Positions 14,834 through 30,915 of a stretch of DNA of 64,000 bases are shown here, in pieces. Source of the stretch: Octopus vulgaris. Taxonomy: Eukaryota. Below the pieces are notes generated by a model. The model worked only from the letters and a program-made list of their open reading frames with translations, made no database searches and had not been told where the DNA came from. How positions within the stretch are numbered: position 1 is the first letter of the stretch; each line of letters begins with the position of its first letter. The stretch lies in contig OX597826.1 in the NCBI GenBank assembly GCA_951406725.2, positions 45,260,001-45,324,000 on the forward strand, read 5' to 3'. A program made the position numbers and the translations under genes.

Positions 14834-15817
14834 GTGTATGTGTGTGTATGTGCGTGCGCATGCGTGCGTTATAAGTGAGAGCTTACGTGTTTTCACCTGC
14901 CTGGAACAGTGTAAGTTCCTTTATAATCATATAACTATATGAATGCTAGAACGGGATCTCATTCCTTGTATAAAAATATACACGCACAATTGAATACATA
15001 CATACATGTGTACACACGCAACTACAAACACACAAATGATCTCATATACACTCACACACAAACATACACACATATGTATATGCACATTCAGCATAAGAGT
15101 GTTAGTTCTTCCTTTCTCTCTTTGTATCTATCTTTTTTTTTCTTTCCTCTACCCTTTTCCCTCGTTCTCACTTTCTCTCTCGTGCTCAGCTCACTGTCTG
15201 TCTCTAACTCACTCTCTCTCTCGTTTTGTCTCCCCTTCCCTATCTCCTTTTCACTCTCAATTTCCCTCTCTCTCTATCACTCTTTATCACTTTCTCTAAC
15301 GCTCTTCATTCTAAATCTACCTGCTCTCTCCCCCCATCTCTCTCTCTCTCTGGTAATTATATTCTGATGCACGTCTCTGGTCTTAACCTGTTTATCACTA
15401 AGTTGATCTCTCTAATTGTCATCTTACCCTCTTTTCTCGCCCACTCTCCTATCTCTCTCTCGCTCTCCTTCTTCTCTTAACCACTTCTCTGTTTCTCTCT
15501 CTCTCTCTCAAACTATTATTTTCTCACCACCACTCTTTCCACTCTCCTACTACTACTACTCTCTCTCTCTCTCTTGCTCTCTCACTTTATGGGTGATTAC
15601 ATTTGCCTGTGAGAATTTGTATCGTATATGTGCGTGACTGTGTATGCGTATATGTTTGTAATTGTGCACGTGTATATGCATGTGTATGTGAATATATGTA
15701 TAAGCATGTGTGCCTCTTTTTGCATGTTTGTGCGTGTGTAACCGTCTGTGTGTGTATGTGCATATGTGTACGTTTGAAATGTACCTGCAATGTGCACATA
15801 TGTATGGACATTTATAC

Positions 15818-15888
<71 letters not shown>

Positions 15889-16235
15889 TGAGCATTTGTG
15901 TGCGCGCACGTGCATGGATATGTGCATGTGTGTGTGTGTGTGTGTGCGTGTGTGTCTTGGGTGTCTACCTACAGAATCTCTATGTTAACGATTGTCATTT
16001 TATTGGGTATAACATATATATATATATATGCACATACTCGCCATATACACAAAGATACATACACCTCTTTATATATACATACATATACATATATATATAC
16101 ATAAATGTATATATATTTATACACACATACACCCATACATATCTACACACTACATAAGCATGTATGTAGTTATGTATGTTAAGAGGGTCACAGCTTCAAC
16201 TAATATATTTATTGATCGCAGCAGAAAGCACCACT

Positions 16236-16273
<38 letters not shown>

Positions 16274-16361
16274 GTTTCACATTTACGTGTTTACTCCGGT
16301 GTAAATATGTGTGTATATATATAAATGTATGTATGTATGTATACATATATGTGTATGTGTG

Positions 16362-16419
<58 letters not shown>

Positions 16420-16559
16420 TACACACACACAAACATACACATGTACACATCCGTAAATGTATGTATGTACACATACATTAGAGCGTGTGTGCGTGGGTGG
16501 GCGGGTGAGGGTGTGGGGGCTGTATGCCTCTTGTTACACTGAATTTTTGCTGGTGTTTA

Positions 16560-18955
<2,396 letters not shown>

Positions 18956-19285
18956 CCGGTTCTAATCCACTTTAATGTTTTTGTATCATTTCTCTTCATC
19001 GAAATACACACACCTGAGTGTGTGTGTGCGTGTGTATGTGTGTGTGTTTGTGTGTGTATGTGTGTGTGTCTGTCTTTCTGAAGATCTGTGTGCGCGCGAG
19101 CGCGTATGCATGCCTCCATGCGATGAATATATGAATAGATGTGTATATGTATACATGCACGTATGTGTGTGTATATATATATATATATATATGCTTGTAT
19201 ATATGAATGTATCTCTCTATCTATCTACCAATAAACCTCTCACTTCTCTTTCTCTCCCTTTATGTATATATGTACATACATACAT

Positions 19286-19326
<41 letters not shown>

Positions 19327-19849
19327 ATTTATACATATGCACATCTATTCCTATAGGCATACACTCACATACACGCATACATAAGCGCTCGCACACACAC
19401 ACCTGCATTTATATGTGCATGTGTGTGTGTATAAATGCGTGGGCGTATGCGTGCCTACATACATACATACATACATACATAAATACATACATACATACAT
19501 ACATACATACATACATACATACATACATACATACATACATACATACATACATACATGCATGAAAGATACAAATATGATGCAACGACCCAGAGAAAGTTCA
19601 TGGCAGTTATCAAACTTCAGAAATGTAAGCATCCCGCACATAACCATCGGCCGTTGACTCACTTTTACAGCCTTCTGCCGACTGAAAGTAATTAAAAATA
19701 GTATTTGCATATACATGTAAACACAAATGCGCATACATACGTATATACATAAATATATATACATACTACTCAAACAGGCGTAACACGTATACAAACACAT
19801 TAAACGCACATACATACATAAAAGTATAGATATTTCCCTTCCGGTCTTT

Positions 19850-20058
19850 CAAAATGTGACCTCGTGTGTACCGTTGGCGATTTCTTTTCCTCTGTCTTCC
19901 CTTCTGTGGATCTTTCCTTCTCGTATGTTTCCGACGAAGAGCTCCGCTCGAAACGTTAAACCCTCCTTCTTTCCTTCTTTCCTGAGCGTCCAATAATACT
20001 ATATTTGTTCCACGTCCTCGGGTTGTGCTTTTTTGTGTTTTCTTGTTTGGATTAGCTT
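19850..20058 (+). mobile_element. ~200-bp hammerhead-carrying element, family H1 (Penelope-like pLTR / retrozyme-like)
   Basis: Near-identical to 28163-28373 and 36886-37092; 3' end runs into (TA)n. Confidence 0.75.
19927..19961 (+). ncRNA. Minimal type I hammerhead motif, CCGACGA core variant
   Basis: GTTT-CCGACGA-A-GAGC-TCC-GCTC-GAAA-CG-TT-AAAC; stems I and II pair, AACGTT palindrome replaces stem III; U4 changed to C. Confidence 0.65.
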
Positions 20059-20411
20059 TATATATATATAAATGCAGTATATACAGTAAGTACAGTTTTA
20101 CTGCATGTATATATGTATGTACTGATAGACAAGTACATACATACATATATATTACATAATTTTAAAAGAGTCAGCAATAGTTTCGTGTTTTAGAGATCCA
20201 AATTTGGTAGATTTATGTACCATGACATATGTCTCCAAGCAATCTTACAGGCTCAGTGCTTATTTGAAAACCAGGACACTTTTCAATGAGAAACCACGAG
20301 AAAAATTGGGATGAAAAACGTGATCTTACTTACATATAAATAATACATTCGTACAAATAGACATACATACATATAGACATACATGCATGCATAAATACAT
20401 GCAGACATACA

Positions 20412-21140
20412 TCTTCTTCTCTTCTTTCCCCCGTCTGTCTTGATAGACAATGGGTCGCGCCAAGGGTGGGGCCTACTTTGATGATGAGCAGCGTCTGCTG
20501 TGACTGAACAGTCCAATTCTAGAGTGGCAGTCCCTGGTACAGTTGTTGCACACGAACATCGATGGGTACGTTTGGGGTGTTGCTGCTCTCCTTTCCTCAG
20601 CCATGGAAACGCCTTTCCTCACTGTCCGACGCCAGGCAGAGCGGTCAGCAGCTGTTACCTCCCACGTGTCCACACAGATGTTGGCAGTCCTCAGGTCACG
20701 CTTGCACACATCCCTGTATCGTAGCTGTGGACGTCCCTTGGGTCGGGATCCCGTGGTGAGTTCGCTGTACAGGATGTCTTTAGGCATGCGACCGTCCTGC
20801 ATGCGGCAGACGTGTCCGAGCCAGCGCAGTCGTCTCCGCACGAGGAGGGCATGCATGCTTGGCATATTAGTCTGTTCTAGGATGACTCCGTTCGGTACTC
20901 GGTCCTTCCAGGAGATGCTAAGGATCCATCGAAGACACCGCATGTGGAAGCCGCTGAGGCGGCATTCTTGCCGGGTGTATGTTGTCCAGCTCTCGCTGCC
21001 TTAGAGTAGGGTCGGTACACTGCGATCTTGTTGGTTATTGTGAGCATGTTGTTTTCCCACACTCTCCTGGAGAGCTTAGCCATGGCAGCAGCAGCCTTCC
21101 CAATCCGTCTGTTCAGCTCCGGCTCGAGGGACAGGCTGCT
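20412..21140 (-). mobile_element. RTE-clade LINE, 5'-truncated 3' end
   Basis: ELNRRIGKAAAAMAKLSRRVW and RCLRWILSISWKDRVPN..RRLRWLGHVCRMQDGRMPKDILYSEL..GRPQLRYRDVCKRDL..CNNCTRDCHSRIGLFSHSRRC; short 3' UTR ending in GAAGA-type repeats. Confidence 0.92.
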
Positions 21141-21350
21141 ACATACATACATACATACATACATACATACATACATACATACATACATACATACATACAT
21201 ACATACATACATGCATGCATGCATGCATGCATACATACATAAATACATACATACATACATACATACATACATGCATGCATGCATACATACATACATACAT
21301 ACATACATACATACATACATACATACATACATACATACATACATACATAC

Positions 21351-21940
21351 TGTTATAATTATTTGGGATAGAGAAGAGAAACTGCACAGTTGTGGAAATT
21401 AGCTGCCCAGCGGATGTTAACATACAGCTGAAGATCAGTGAAAAAGACAACACCTAAGCTGAACTATTGAGAAATCTGCAGTTCCTCTATCCAGATTACA
21501 AGTTCAGGGTTTTACCTGTAATTATTTGGGTCTTGTGATATGTAACACACTGCCTAAATACCAATCTTGAGAAATTAGGCTTCTCAAAACTAGAAGGGAG
21601 AAAGCTAATTCGAAGACTACAGATGCAATCCATCACTGGAACTGTAAAAAAATCTGTAAAACTTTCCAGAAAGTTTATTATTTAAATATATATGAGCATG
21701 TCTAGATATGTAATTATATGCATGAGAATACATAAAACATACAAATCTGCACATACATTCATGCATACATAATACATACATACATACATACATACATGCA
21801 TACATACATACATACATACATACATACATACATACATACATACATACATACATACATACATACAAAAATACCCTGTTGTTGATGTCGAAATTCCAATGAA
21901 AGAACCTTTCAAGAGAAATCTTGAAATAAACTAAATAATG
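21351..21940 (+). mobile_element. 3' fragment of an RLE-endonuclease non-LTR retrotransposon (R4/Dong-like)
   Basis: With frameshift/stops: IIIWDREEKL/TVVEISCPADVNIQLKISEKDNT*AELLRNLQFLYPDYKFRVLPVII, fitting the RLE (D..E.SCP.D.N...K..EK...Y..L) pattern; flanked by TACA repeats. Confidence 0.72.
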
Positions 21941-22837
21941 ACATACATAAATACACATACATGCATACAAACATGCATGCATACATAATTACATGCATAC
22001 ATATATATATACATACCTAGCACACACACTTAATACATATGTACATGCGTATATGCATACATATATGCATATAAACATTGCATACTCACATATGCATAAT
22101 ATATATGCGTGTACATTCATGCATGGATACATACATATATACACGTATACATACATACCTGTATACATACAAATATAACATACATATTCAATTTACATAC
22201 GCACATTCATACATACATATACCTTAATATGCTGTCTCCTTATGTGTGTGTGTCTATGTGTGTGTAAAAGATTGTGAATGTAGCGTGTTAATGGGACATA
22301 CAAGGCAAGTTTTTTTTTAATATTTTGTTCCAATTTTTTGATATTCAAAAACACTCACATTAAGATTTGGGTGGGTTTGCATGTTTAGGCATTAGGTTAG
22401 TGGTTTTTGCATATTTGAAAATCGGGGCCAGTAGGAAAGGGAGTTTAACAGACACAGTGTTAAATAATGAAAAATAAATAAATTATCAGATCGAATAAAA
22501 GTGCTATCATTCACTCAAAAATAGTATATTTCATAAAAAAAAAAAATTGAAAAAAAAAAATATATAACAACAAATTTACAAGCAATATAAAAAGGGAGAC
22601 AGAGAGAGAGAGAGAGAGAGAGACACTGTGACAGGTATCGTTTTTCGTTTCAGGGTAGCCATTTTGGTTTTTTTGTTGTTGTTTTTTTTTTTGTAAAGGT
22701 GGCGGTGGCGGTGGGCCTGGTTGTTACCTTACTACAGTCTCTTGTCAAACAACAGCGTCCCTCTGCAAACTGCAGTCACGCACGCACACGCACTCACACA
22801 CACGCACACACACACGCGGGTACTCATATACACTTAC

Positions 22838-22892
22838 TCAAACACTCTTCCGCGACGCCTGACCCACTCTCACCATTCCTCCCACTGTTCAT
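22838..22892 (-). other. Candidate first coding exon (MNSGRNGESGSGVAEECL + GTAAGT donor)
   Basis: ATG at 22892 preceded by in-frame TGA, 18 codons +1 nt, then GTAAGT; non-repetitive GC-richer island. No homology recognised. Confidence 0.25.
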
Positions 22893-23114
22893 TCACAATA
22901 GATATTACAGTTTGCACCTGATCTGGCTCATGTTATTTTTTTATTTTTATTTTTAATGTTTTGTGTTTTTTTTTTCTTTTTAGCTTTGGTGTTTTATTTT
23001 TGTTTTTGTTATTGCATCACTTTTTTTATATTTTGTTTCTCGAGTTTTTCAAACTTTAGATAATGTTTTGCTATTTGATTTTTTTCTTTTTCATTATTCA
23101 TCCTCTACTCGTTG

Positions 23115-23183
<69 letters not shown>

Positions 23184-23595
23184 GTCTGTGTGTGGGTCGA
23201 TGTCTATATATGTAAATTCATAAAAAACATAATACGGGTATAGAGAACCCACACCTGCACCCCTCAGAAAAATATCCATTTTATTAAGAAATTCATGGTG
23301 TGGTATTAAGAAATTCGATTGGTGTGGTTCCGGGTTCAGTCCCACAGCGCTACAGCTTGGGCAAGTTCCATCTACTTTAAACGACCCGCGCTAAGTAAGT
23401 CTTGCTGAGTAGAGTTGAGTAGATGCAAGCCGTACAAAACCCCGTGTATGTTCATACCCACACGTGGGTGTATAGTATATGATCTATATTCCAGGGTAAC
23501 CCCATAAAACGTCCATATCTATCTTTGTATACTCTACCGCTTTGTAACTTAGACCGTGCTTCTCTTTCAGATTTATAATATCTCTCTCTTTTTCT

Positions 23596-23989
23596 TTTTT
23601 ACTTGTTTCAGTCATTTGACTGCGGCCATGCTGGAGCACCGCCTTTTAATCAAGCAACTCGATCCCGGGACTTATTCTTTTGTAAGCCCAGTACTTATTC
23701 TATCGGGCTCTTTTGCCGAACCGAACCGCTAAGTAACGGGGACGTAAACACACCAGCATCGGTTGTCAAGCAATGCTAGGGGGACAAACACAGACACACA
23801 AACATACAAGCACACACATATATATATACATATATACGACGGGCTTCTTTCAGTTTCCGTCTACCAAATCCACTCACAAGGCATTGGTCGGCCCGGGGCT
23901 ATAGCAGAAGACACTTGCCCAAGGTGCCACGCAGTGGGACTGAACCCGGAACCATGTGGTTGGTTAGCAAGCTACTTACCACACAGCCA

Positions 23990-23992
<3 letters not shown>
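23596..23992 (-). mobile_element. SINE family A
   Basis: Colinear with 3619-4071, head clipped by (TA)n. Confidence 0.9.
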
Positions 23993-24067
<75 letters not shown>

Positions 24068-24172
24068 TATACATACATATATTAATAGTAATAGTATGAC
24101 AACAAAAGAATGAATGAGACCTTGATATTACGTAAATAGAGGAATTTATCTATGAATATAATATGTTTGTCT

Positions 24173-24235
24173 TAATAACTGATGAGATGCCGGAGGAGAC
24201 TTCATCCTCGGCATCCGAAACTCAGAATTTTATTA
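24173..24235 (+). ncRNA. Type I hammerhead motif, family H2
   Basis: TAATAA-CTGATGA-GATGCCG..CGGCATC-C-GAAA-CTCAGAA-TT-TTATTA; stem I and 7-bp stem II pair; G16.2 appears mutated to A. Confidence 0.65.
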
Positions 24236-24255
24236 TGGCAACCAATATATATATA

Positions 24256-24309
<54 letters not shown>

Positions 24310-24430
24310 TAAAAAACCAGAGTAACGGTTTTTGTGATATTTTTGCTGATTTAAAAAAAATGAATATTACTTTATTCCTAGTATTCGAGTACTTTTTTTC
24401 CTCCTTGTTTAGCATTTATATACTCCGGTG

Positions 24431-24490
<60 letters not shown>

Positions 24491-24978
24491 TGTATGTATG
24501 TATGTATGTATGTATGAAGATATACATGTAGCCATATATATGTTTATATGCATATGTGTGTGTGTGTGTGATTTTGTGTGTATGTACGTGTTAACGTGTG
24601 TATCGTCTTGATTGTGTTCATGTCGTGGGCTTTTATGTAAAGTAAGTATGCGAGAAACAGTGATCGATAAAATTAAGAAAGGAAAGGAAAATGACATAAA
24701 TACAAGATCGATATGACCGACTTAAATATTGAAGCCCCAGCATGGCCGCAGTGCTGTAAATGTAATCAGTAAAGGAATATGCACCAAAGCAAAATACGTT
24801 CTATACACACGTAAGCACACGCACCCATACACACACACACGTACACACACACACACGCAAACAGACACACACAAACACACATACACATATTTACATGCAT
24901 GTATATATATATGTATGTATGCATATGTGTAAGCGTGCGTGTGTGCCCCTACATATATGTATGTGTAATATATATATC

Positions 24979-25032
<54 letters not shown>

Positions 25033-25337
25033 TATATACACATAGAGAGACATATATATATATATAGACACATAGGTATCTATACATTCATATACATATA
25101 TGAATATATATATATGCGCATACATGTATATATGCATATACATATATATATATACATGTATATACATACATATATATATATACATATACATATATATATA
25201 TACATGTATATATACATATACATACACGTGTATATATACATATATATATACATATGCGTATATATACACATATGCATATATATATACGCATACATATATA
25301 TATACATATACATATATACATATACATGTATATATAC

Positions 25338-25375
<38 letters not shown>

Positions 25376-25443
25376 CATGTATATATACATATATATATAC
25401 ATATATTTACATATGCGTATATATACATATGCATATATATACA

Positions 25444-25496
<53 letters not shown>

Positions 25497-25502
25497 GTAT
25501 AC

Positions 25503-25549
<47 letters not shown>

Positions 25550-27242
25550 CATAGATAGATAGATAGATATGCATATATGTCTAAACACACTACACTACAA
25601 CCTCTTAACATCAAACACTGTTTTCGGTACTATATCGCTTTCTCTAAACAGAACACATACACACACACATGTTCACATACATGTACAGATTTATGCACAC
25701 AGTCATGCACACACTAAGCTCCCTGCTTCATACACTCTCTCTCTTCTCTCTCTATCTGTCTATTCTTTCCTCTCTTTATCTCTGTATATTTCGCTGACAC
25801 TATTGCGTAATCTTTCTCCCTATCCCTCTTTACATATACAAACGCTATATCTCTGCGACTCTCTCCCTCCCCCCTTCTCACTCAGCCTCTTTCCTTTGCA
25901 TTAACACTTTCTCCCCCTCTCTTTCCTCCCCTTCACTATTATCAATTCCCTCCTTTTCTCTCACTCACACAACAGCATTTCCTCAATGCACACGCATCAC
26001 GCACAAACACACTCTCTCTCTCTTTCTTTCTCTCTCTCTCTATCTATCTATCTGCCTCTCACTCCCTACCTCATACTCTCAATCTCTTAGTTCCTCAATG
26101 CATATTATCTCCCTCTCACCCTCTCACCCACACACTCCCTCTCTCTCTCTTTCACTATCTCCTTCTCCCTCTTTCTCTGTGCCTTTCTATTCTGCTCTCT
26201 GCACTGCCGCTGCCATCTCTCGCACAAGAGCGGCAAGAATAGCCTCAACAGCGACACCAGTTCTATAGGAACTCATTCAAATTCAAATTCATTTGTTTAT
26301 TTAAATTCACTTATTTAAATTGTTTCAGTCAAAACTTTATTCTTTTTCATTCAAATTTAAATTTTTCAGTTTATTTAAATTAATTTAGCTTCTCTCACAC
26401 TCCCACATTGCTACCTACTCTTCCTTTCCCTCATATTTCCCTCTCATAGTCTTTATTGCTTTCTCACTCTCTCTTATTCTTTCTGCTGAATTTGCCTCGC
26501 CATTCTGCAGCACATCTCTCGCTCTCTCAATTTCCTCTTGTCTATCTTTCTTCTTCTCCCTCTCTCCTTCTCTGTTTCAAATATATTAAGATCTCTCTCT
26601 CTCTCTCTCTCCACCTCTCTCCCTTTCACTATTTTGCTTTCTCTTTCTCTCTCTCTCTCTCTCTCTCAGTATTCTAGTGTATATCTCACTTCCCCTCTCT
26701 CTCGCTTCCACTTTCACAGTCTCGTTCTCTCTTTCTCTTCCTCTCTCTCTCTCTCTCACTCTATCCCACTATCCTCTTATCTATCTCTTTTCTCCTCACT
26801 CCCTCTCTAGCACGGTCTCTTTCTCTTTTCTGCATTTTATCTAAGCTCCTATCTTTCATTCATTGCACAACTAGCACTAACACTTTCTCTCACCTACATC
26901 CATCCCTCTGTATATAATATATATATATCTCTCTCCCTCTCTCCCTATCTCTCTTTCGTCCTCTCTCTCTTTCGTTCCCACTCTTTCACCCTTTCCGTCT
27001 GCCTATCTATTAGTTTGTCACCGTCCCCCTTCCCTCTCTCCTCCCCTCTCTTTTCATCTCTCTCTCTCTCTCAAAATCTCCCTCTCGTCTGCTCTGTTAC
27101 AAATTCTATACCCCGCTCGCGGCATTTGCGAATCGGATAGCTTGGTAGTTGCAAGCGCACATATATTATAAATATTAATGTTACATACACATTCACAACA
27201 TCAACCAACCAAGCTTAACGTCCACACACGCGCTCACACACA

Positions 27243-27283
<41 letters not shown>

Positions 27284-28131
27284 CATATATACATAGCACA
27301 CAATACACACTACAACAAAGCCGAACACATATTCATGTACGCATGTGCACTTCCCAACATGCATCATGCCATCCTCTCTTCTTTCTATGCCCCTCTCTCT
27401 CTCTCTCTCTCAGTCTATCAGTTTTTCTACCTCTCTCGACTCCCCTTCTCCCTCACACTTACTCCTTCACTGCTCACTGCTGCTCACAGCACCTCCCACC
27501 TCCGCTCATTGCATTTTAGTCACTACACACTAAAAAGCTTCTTTACTGCTGCTGTTTTATACTACAAGCACAGCGTAGCTTATTTGCTTTTTTATTTATT
27601 TATTTATTTATTTATTGCTTTTTGAAAATTTGAAAATTTAAAACGGAAATTGTTTGAAAACAAAATAAATTAATAAACTAAATAAATACATTGTAAATTC
27701 ATAAATACTCTCTGTAGGTGTCTACTAAAAAAATATGAAGTGCCTATTGAGTGTGTGTGTGTGTGTGTTAAGTGTATTATATGCATATACATATATAGAT
27801 ACGGATATACATACATGTAAATGTATAAATATACACATTTATGTATATATATATATACACATATATGTATATATATATTTGTTTTACTCATTCGTATATA
27901 TATATGTATATATATATACTCATATGTATATTTGCTTTACTCATTCGACTACAGCCATGCTGGGGCAGAACCTTGAACGGTTTAGCTGAGCAAATCGAGC
28001 CCAGGACATCTTTTTAAATCTGGTACATATCCTGTCGTTCCCTTTGCTGAAATGGTAGCTCAAGGGCACGTAAACAAACACCAGTTATCATACGGTGGCC
28101 GGAGGACAAAGGCAAAAACATTGTGTTAGAT

Positions 28132-28162
<31 letters not shown>

Positions 28163-28168
<6 letters not shown>

Positions 28169-28373
28169 ATCCAAACATGAAAACACAAAGAGAAAACACA
28201 ACGCGAGGACGTGGAACAAATATAGTATTATTGGACGCTCAGGAAAGAAGGAAAGAGGAAGGGTTTAACGTTTCGAGCGGAGCTCTTCGTCAGAAACGTA
28301 AGAAAAGGAATGATCCAAAGAAGGGAAGACGGAGGAAAAAAATCGCCAACGGTACACACGCGGTTACATTTTG
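28163..28373 (-). mobile_element. Hammerhead-carrying element, family H1
   Basis: Reverse complement of 19850-20058; (TA)n on both sides. Confidence 0.75.
28263..28297 (-). ncRNA. Minimal type I hammerhead ribozyme with intact core
   Basis: Minus strand GTTT-CTGACGA-A-GAGC-TCC-GCTC-GAAA-CG-TT-AAAC; GUU cleavage triplet, palindromic AACGTT. Confidence 0.78.
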
Positions 28374-28431
28374 AATGTATATATATATATATATATATAT
28401 ACCCACACACCCACACACACATATATATATA

Positions 28432-29656
28432 AGGGATACGATGGGTAAGTTATTGCCATTTTATATTTTTTATTTCGCGCATGCGCATGGTTTGTTTTGA
28501 TTTTCTGGACTATACAGTATTGTAGGGTCAGTTGGGCACTGTCAGTGAGAAAGTTCACTCTGCCAGAAATTTGAAAATGACATGCTGTACTGCTTGGCAT
28601 TCATACCAGAAGCTCCAATGCAAACATTTCAGAGAGTTTGGGTGTCAATCTGAGGACAGTGCAGAGGATTCAGAAAGACTTGGATGAGTCTAATGGTGAT
28701 TACAAAGGTACAACAGCTTGGAAAATTCACTCTGATCGTTTTGATAAGAAAAGAAGTCCTGAATTTTTTTGTAAAATCCGGGCTATCATTGACAACGTTC
28801 CCTCCAAGTCAATCAGGTCCATCGTCATGGACATGGGAGTATCTGAGTTTCTTATCAGACAGGTAGTGTATGAAGACATTCGGTATTCCTCATACAAGAT
28901 GAGAAAGGACCAATTTTTATCCCAAGCCATCAAGGACAAGAGGAGAGACTGCGCTTCGAAGCTTTTGAACAAACTCAAGCAGCGCCCCCAAACAAATATG
29001 CTTTGGTTTTTCTCAGACGAGAACATTTTCTGCCAGGATCAGCGTTGGCTTGCCGTATTCCCAAAACATGTACCGAGAGTCATAGAAATCAAGCATCCAT
29101 GCAACATCATGATGTTTCGAGCGATCACTAGTGATGGCGACGATATGCCGCCATTCATCTTCCCATACAGCCTCATACTCAACACAGAGGCCTACATCAA
29201 GTGCATGAAAGAGGTAGGGCTCTCTTGGGTCAAGAGAGTGGCTACTGGAAGACTCTGTGTCAGGCAACAGAAACTCTGCACTATGCCCCACAAGCAGGAT
29301 AACTTAGTCATGGCTGTCGGACAATTTCTGCGACCACATCACTCCTAACATCTGGACACCTAATCCCCCTGACTGAAACCCCCTTGATGATTATGTGTGG
29401 GGCTTAGTTGAACGAGAAACCAACAAGGCAAGAATTATGGCAATATTCACCAATTTAAACAAGGCGACCGCCCAGAAGAGTTTGTGAGATTCCGAAGTCG
29501 TCTGGAGGGTGTGGTTGAAGCCAATTGCGATTGTATTGAATAAATTTACTCTTTCAAGATATTTTAGTGTAATTTTGGTAAATATATCTGTTAAAATGAG
29601 ATGTCAGTGTTATTGTCATTTTTGCGTAGTTTAGACAGTTTATTCACTGCACCCTG
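28432..29656 (+). mobile_element. Tc1/mariner superfamily, DD37D (maT)-like transposon with disrupted transposase
   Basis: ORF 28638-29348 with WFFSDE..DQ, GDDMPPFIFP; downstream frame WTPNPPD*NPLD; right TIR ..TGCACCCTG followed by TA. Confidence 0.85.
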
Positions 29657-30104
29657 TATATATATATATATATATATATTTGGTATGTATGTGTGTATGT
29701 ACGCATGTAGGTAGGTAGGTTAGTATATACGATGAGTTTCCACACAGTTTCCATCGTCTTAATTTGTTCACATGTCACTAAGTGGGCCATAGTTTAGTCG
29801 AAGACGTTTATCCAATTTATGACTCAGAGGGACTGAACCACAAGCTACGTGATTGTGAAAGGAGTTTCTTAACCACACAGCCACACTGTCTGTTTCTGTT
29901 TGTCATCTCTTTTCTGATATATACATATATCCTTTAATACATCATAACTGACAGGCTTCGATTTTCTGTACTCAAAGTTGCTCGTTCCAGATCATCGGCT
30001 GGTAAACCGAGCCTGGTTGTCTTTTGAACATCCAATGTATGAATATTTTTTGAAATATGAAATAAAAAAATTTTGAAGGAAACGCATATCCATAATATTA
30101 TTAT

Positions 30105-30915
30105 GGCGAGCTGGCAGAATGTTTAGCGCGCCGGACAAAATGCTTAGCGGTATTTCGCCCGTCGCTACGTTCTGAGTTCAAATTTCGCCGAGGTCGACTT
30201 TGCCTTTCATCCTTTCGACGTCGATTAAATAAGTACCAGTTACGCACTGGAGTCGATATAATCAACTTAATCCGTTTGTCTGTCCTTGTTTGTCCTGTCT
30301 ATGTTTGGCCCCTTGTGGGTAGTAAAGAAATATGTATTTCGTCTGCAGTTACGTTATGAGATCAAATTCCGTCGAGGTCGACTTTGCCTTTCATCCTTTC
30401 GGGGTCGATTAAATAAGTACCAGTTACGCACTCTGGTCCATATAATCGACTTAATCCGTCTTTCTGTCCTTGTTTGTCCCCTCTGTGTTTAGCCCCTTGT
30501 GGGTAGTAAAGAAATAGAAATAGGTATTTTAAAGGCGGCGAGCTGGCAGAAACGTTAGCACACTGGGCGAAACGCTTAGCGGTATTTCGTCTGCCGCTAC
30601 GTTCTGAGTTCAAATTCCGCCGAGGTCGACTTTGCCTTTCAACCTTTCGGGGTCGATTAAATAAGTAGTAGTTACGCACTGGGGTCGATATAATCAACTT
30701 AATTCGTTTGTCTGTCCTTGTTTGTCCCTTCTGTGTTTAGCCCCTTGTGGGTAGTAAAGAAATAGGTATTTCGCCCGTCGCTACGTTCTGAGTTCAAATT
30801 CCACCGAGGTCGACGACTTCACCTTTTATCCTTTCGGAGTCGATAAATTAAGTACCAGAGAAACACTGGGGTTAATATAATTTCAGGTCTTGTGCCTTTA
30901 GTAGAAAGGATTATT
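30105..30915 (+). mobile_element. Array of about four SINE family B units
   Basis: Four repeats of GAGGTCGAC..CCTTT.A.CCTTTCG..GTCGAT.AA.TAAGTA; three end in GTAGTAAAGAAATA. Confidence 0.92.

Noticed and set aside
30105-30915. Regularly spaced repeats as a CRISPR-like array
   Set aside because: Units are whole SINE bodies with no unique spacers; eukaryotic context and no cas genes.
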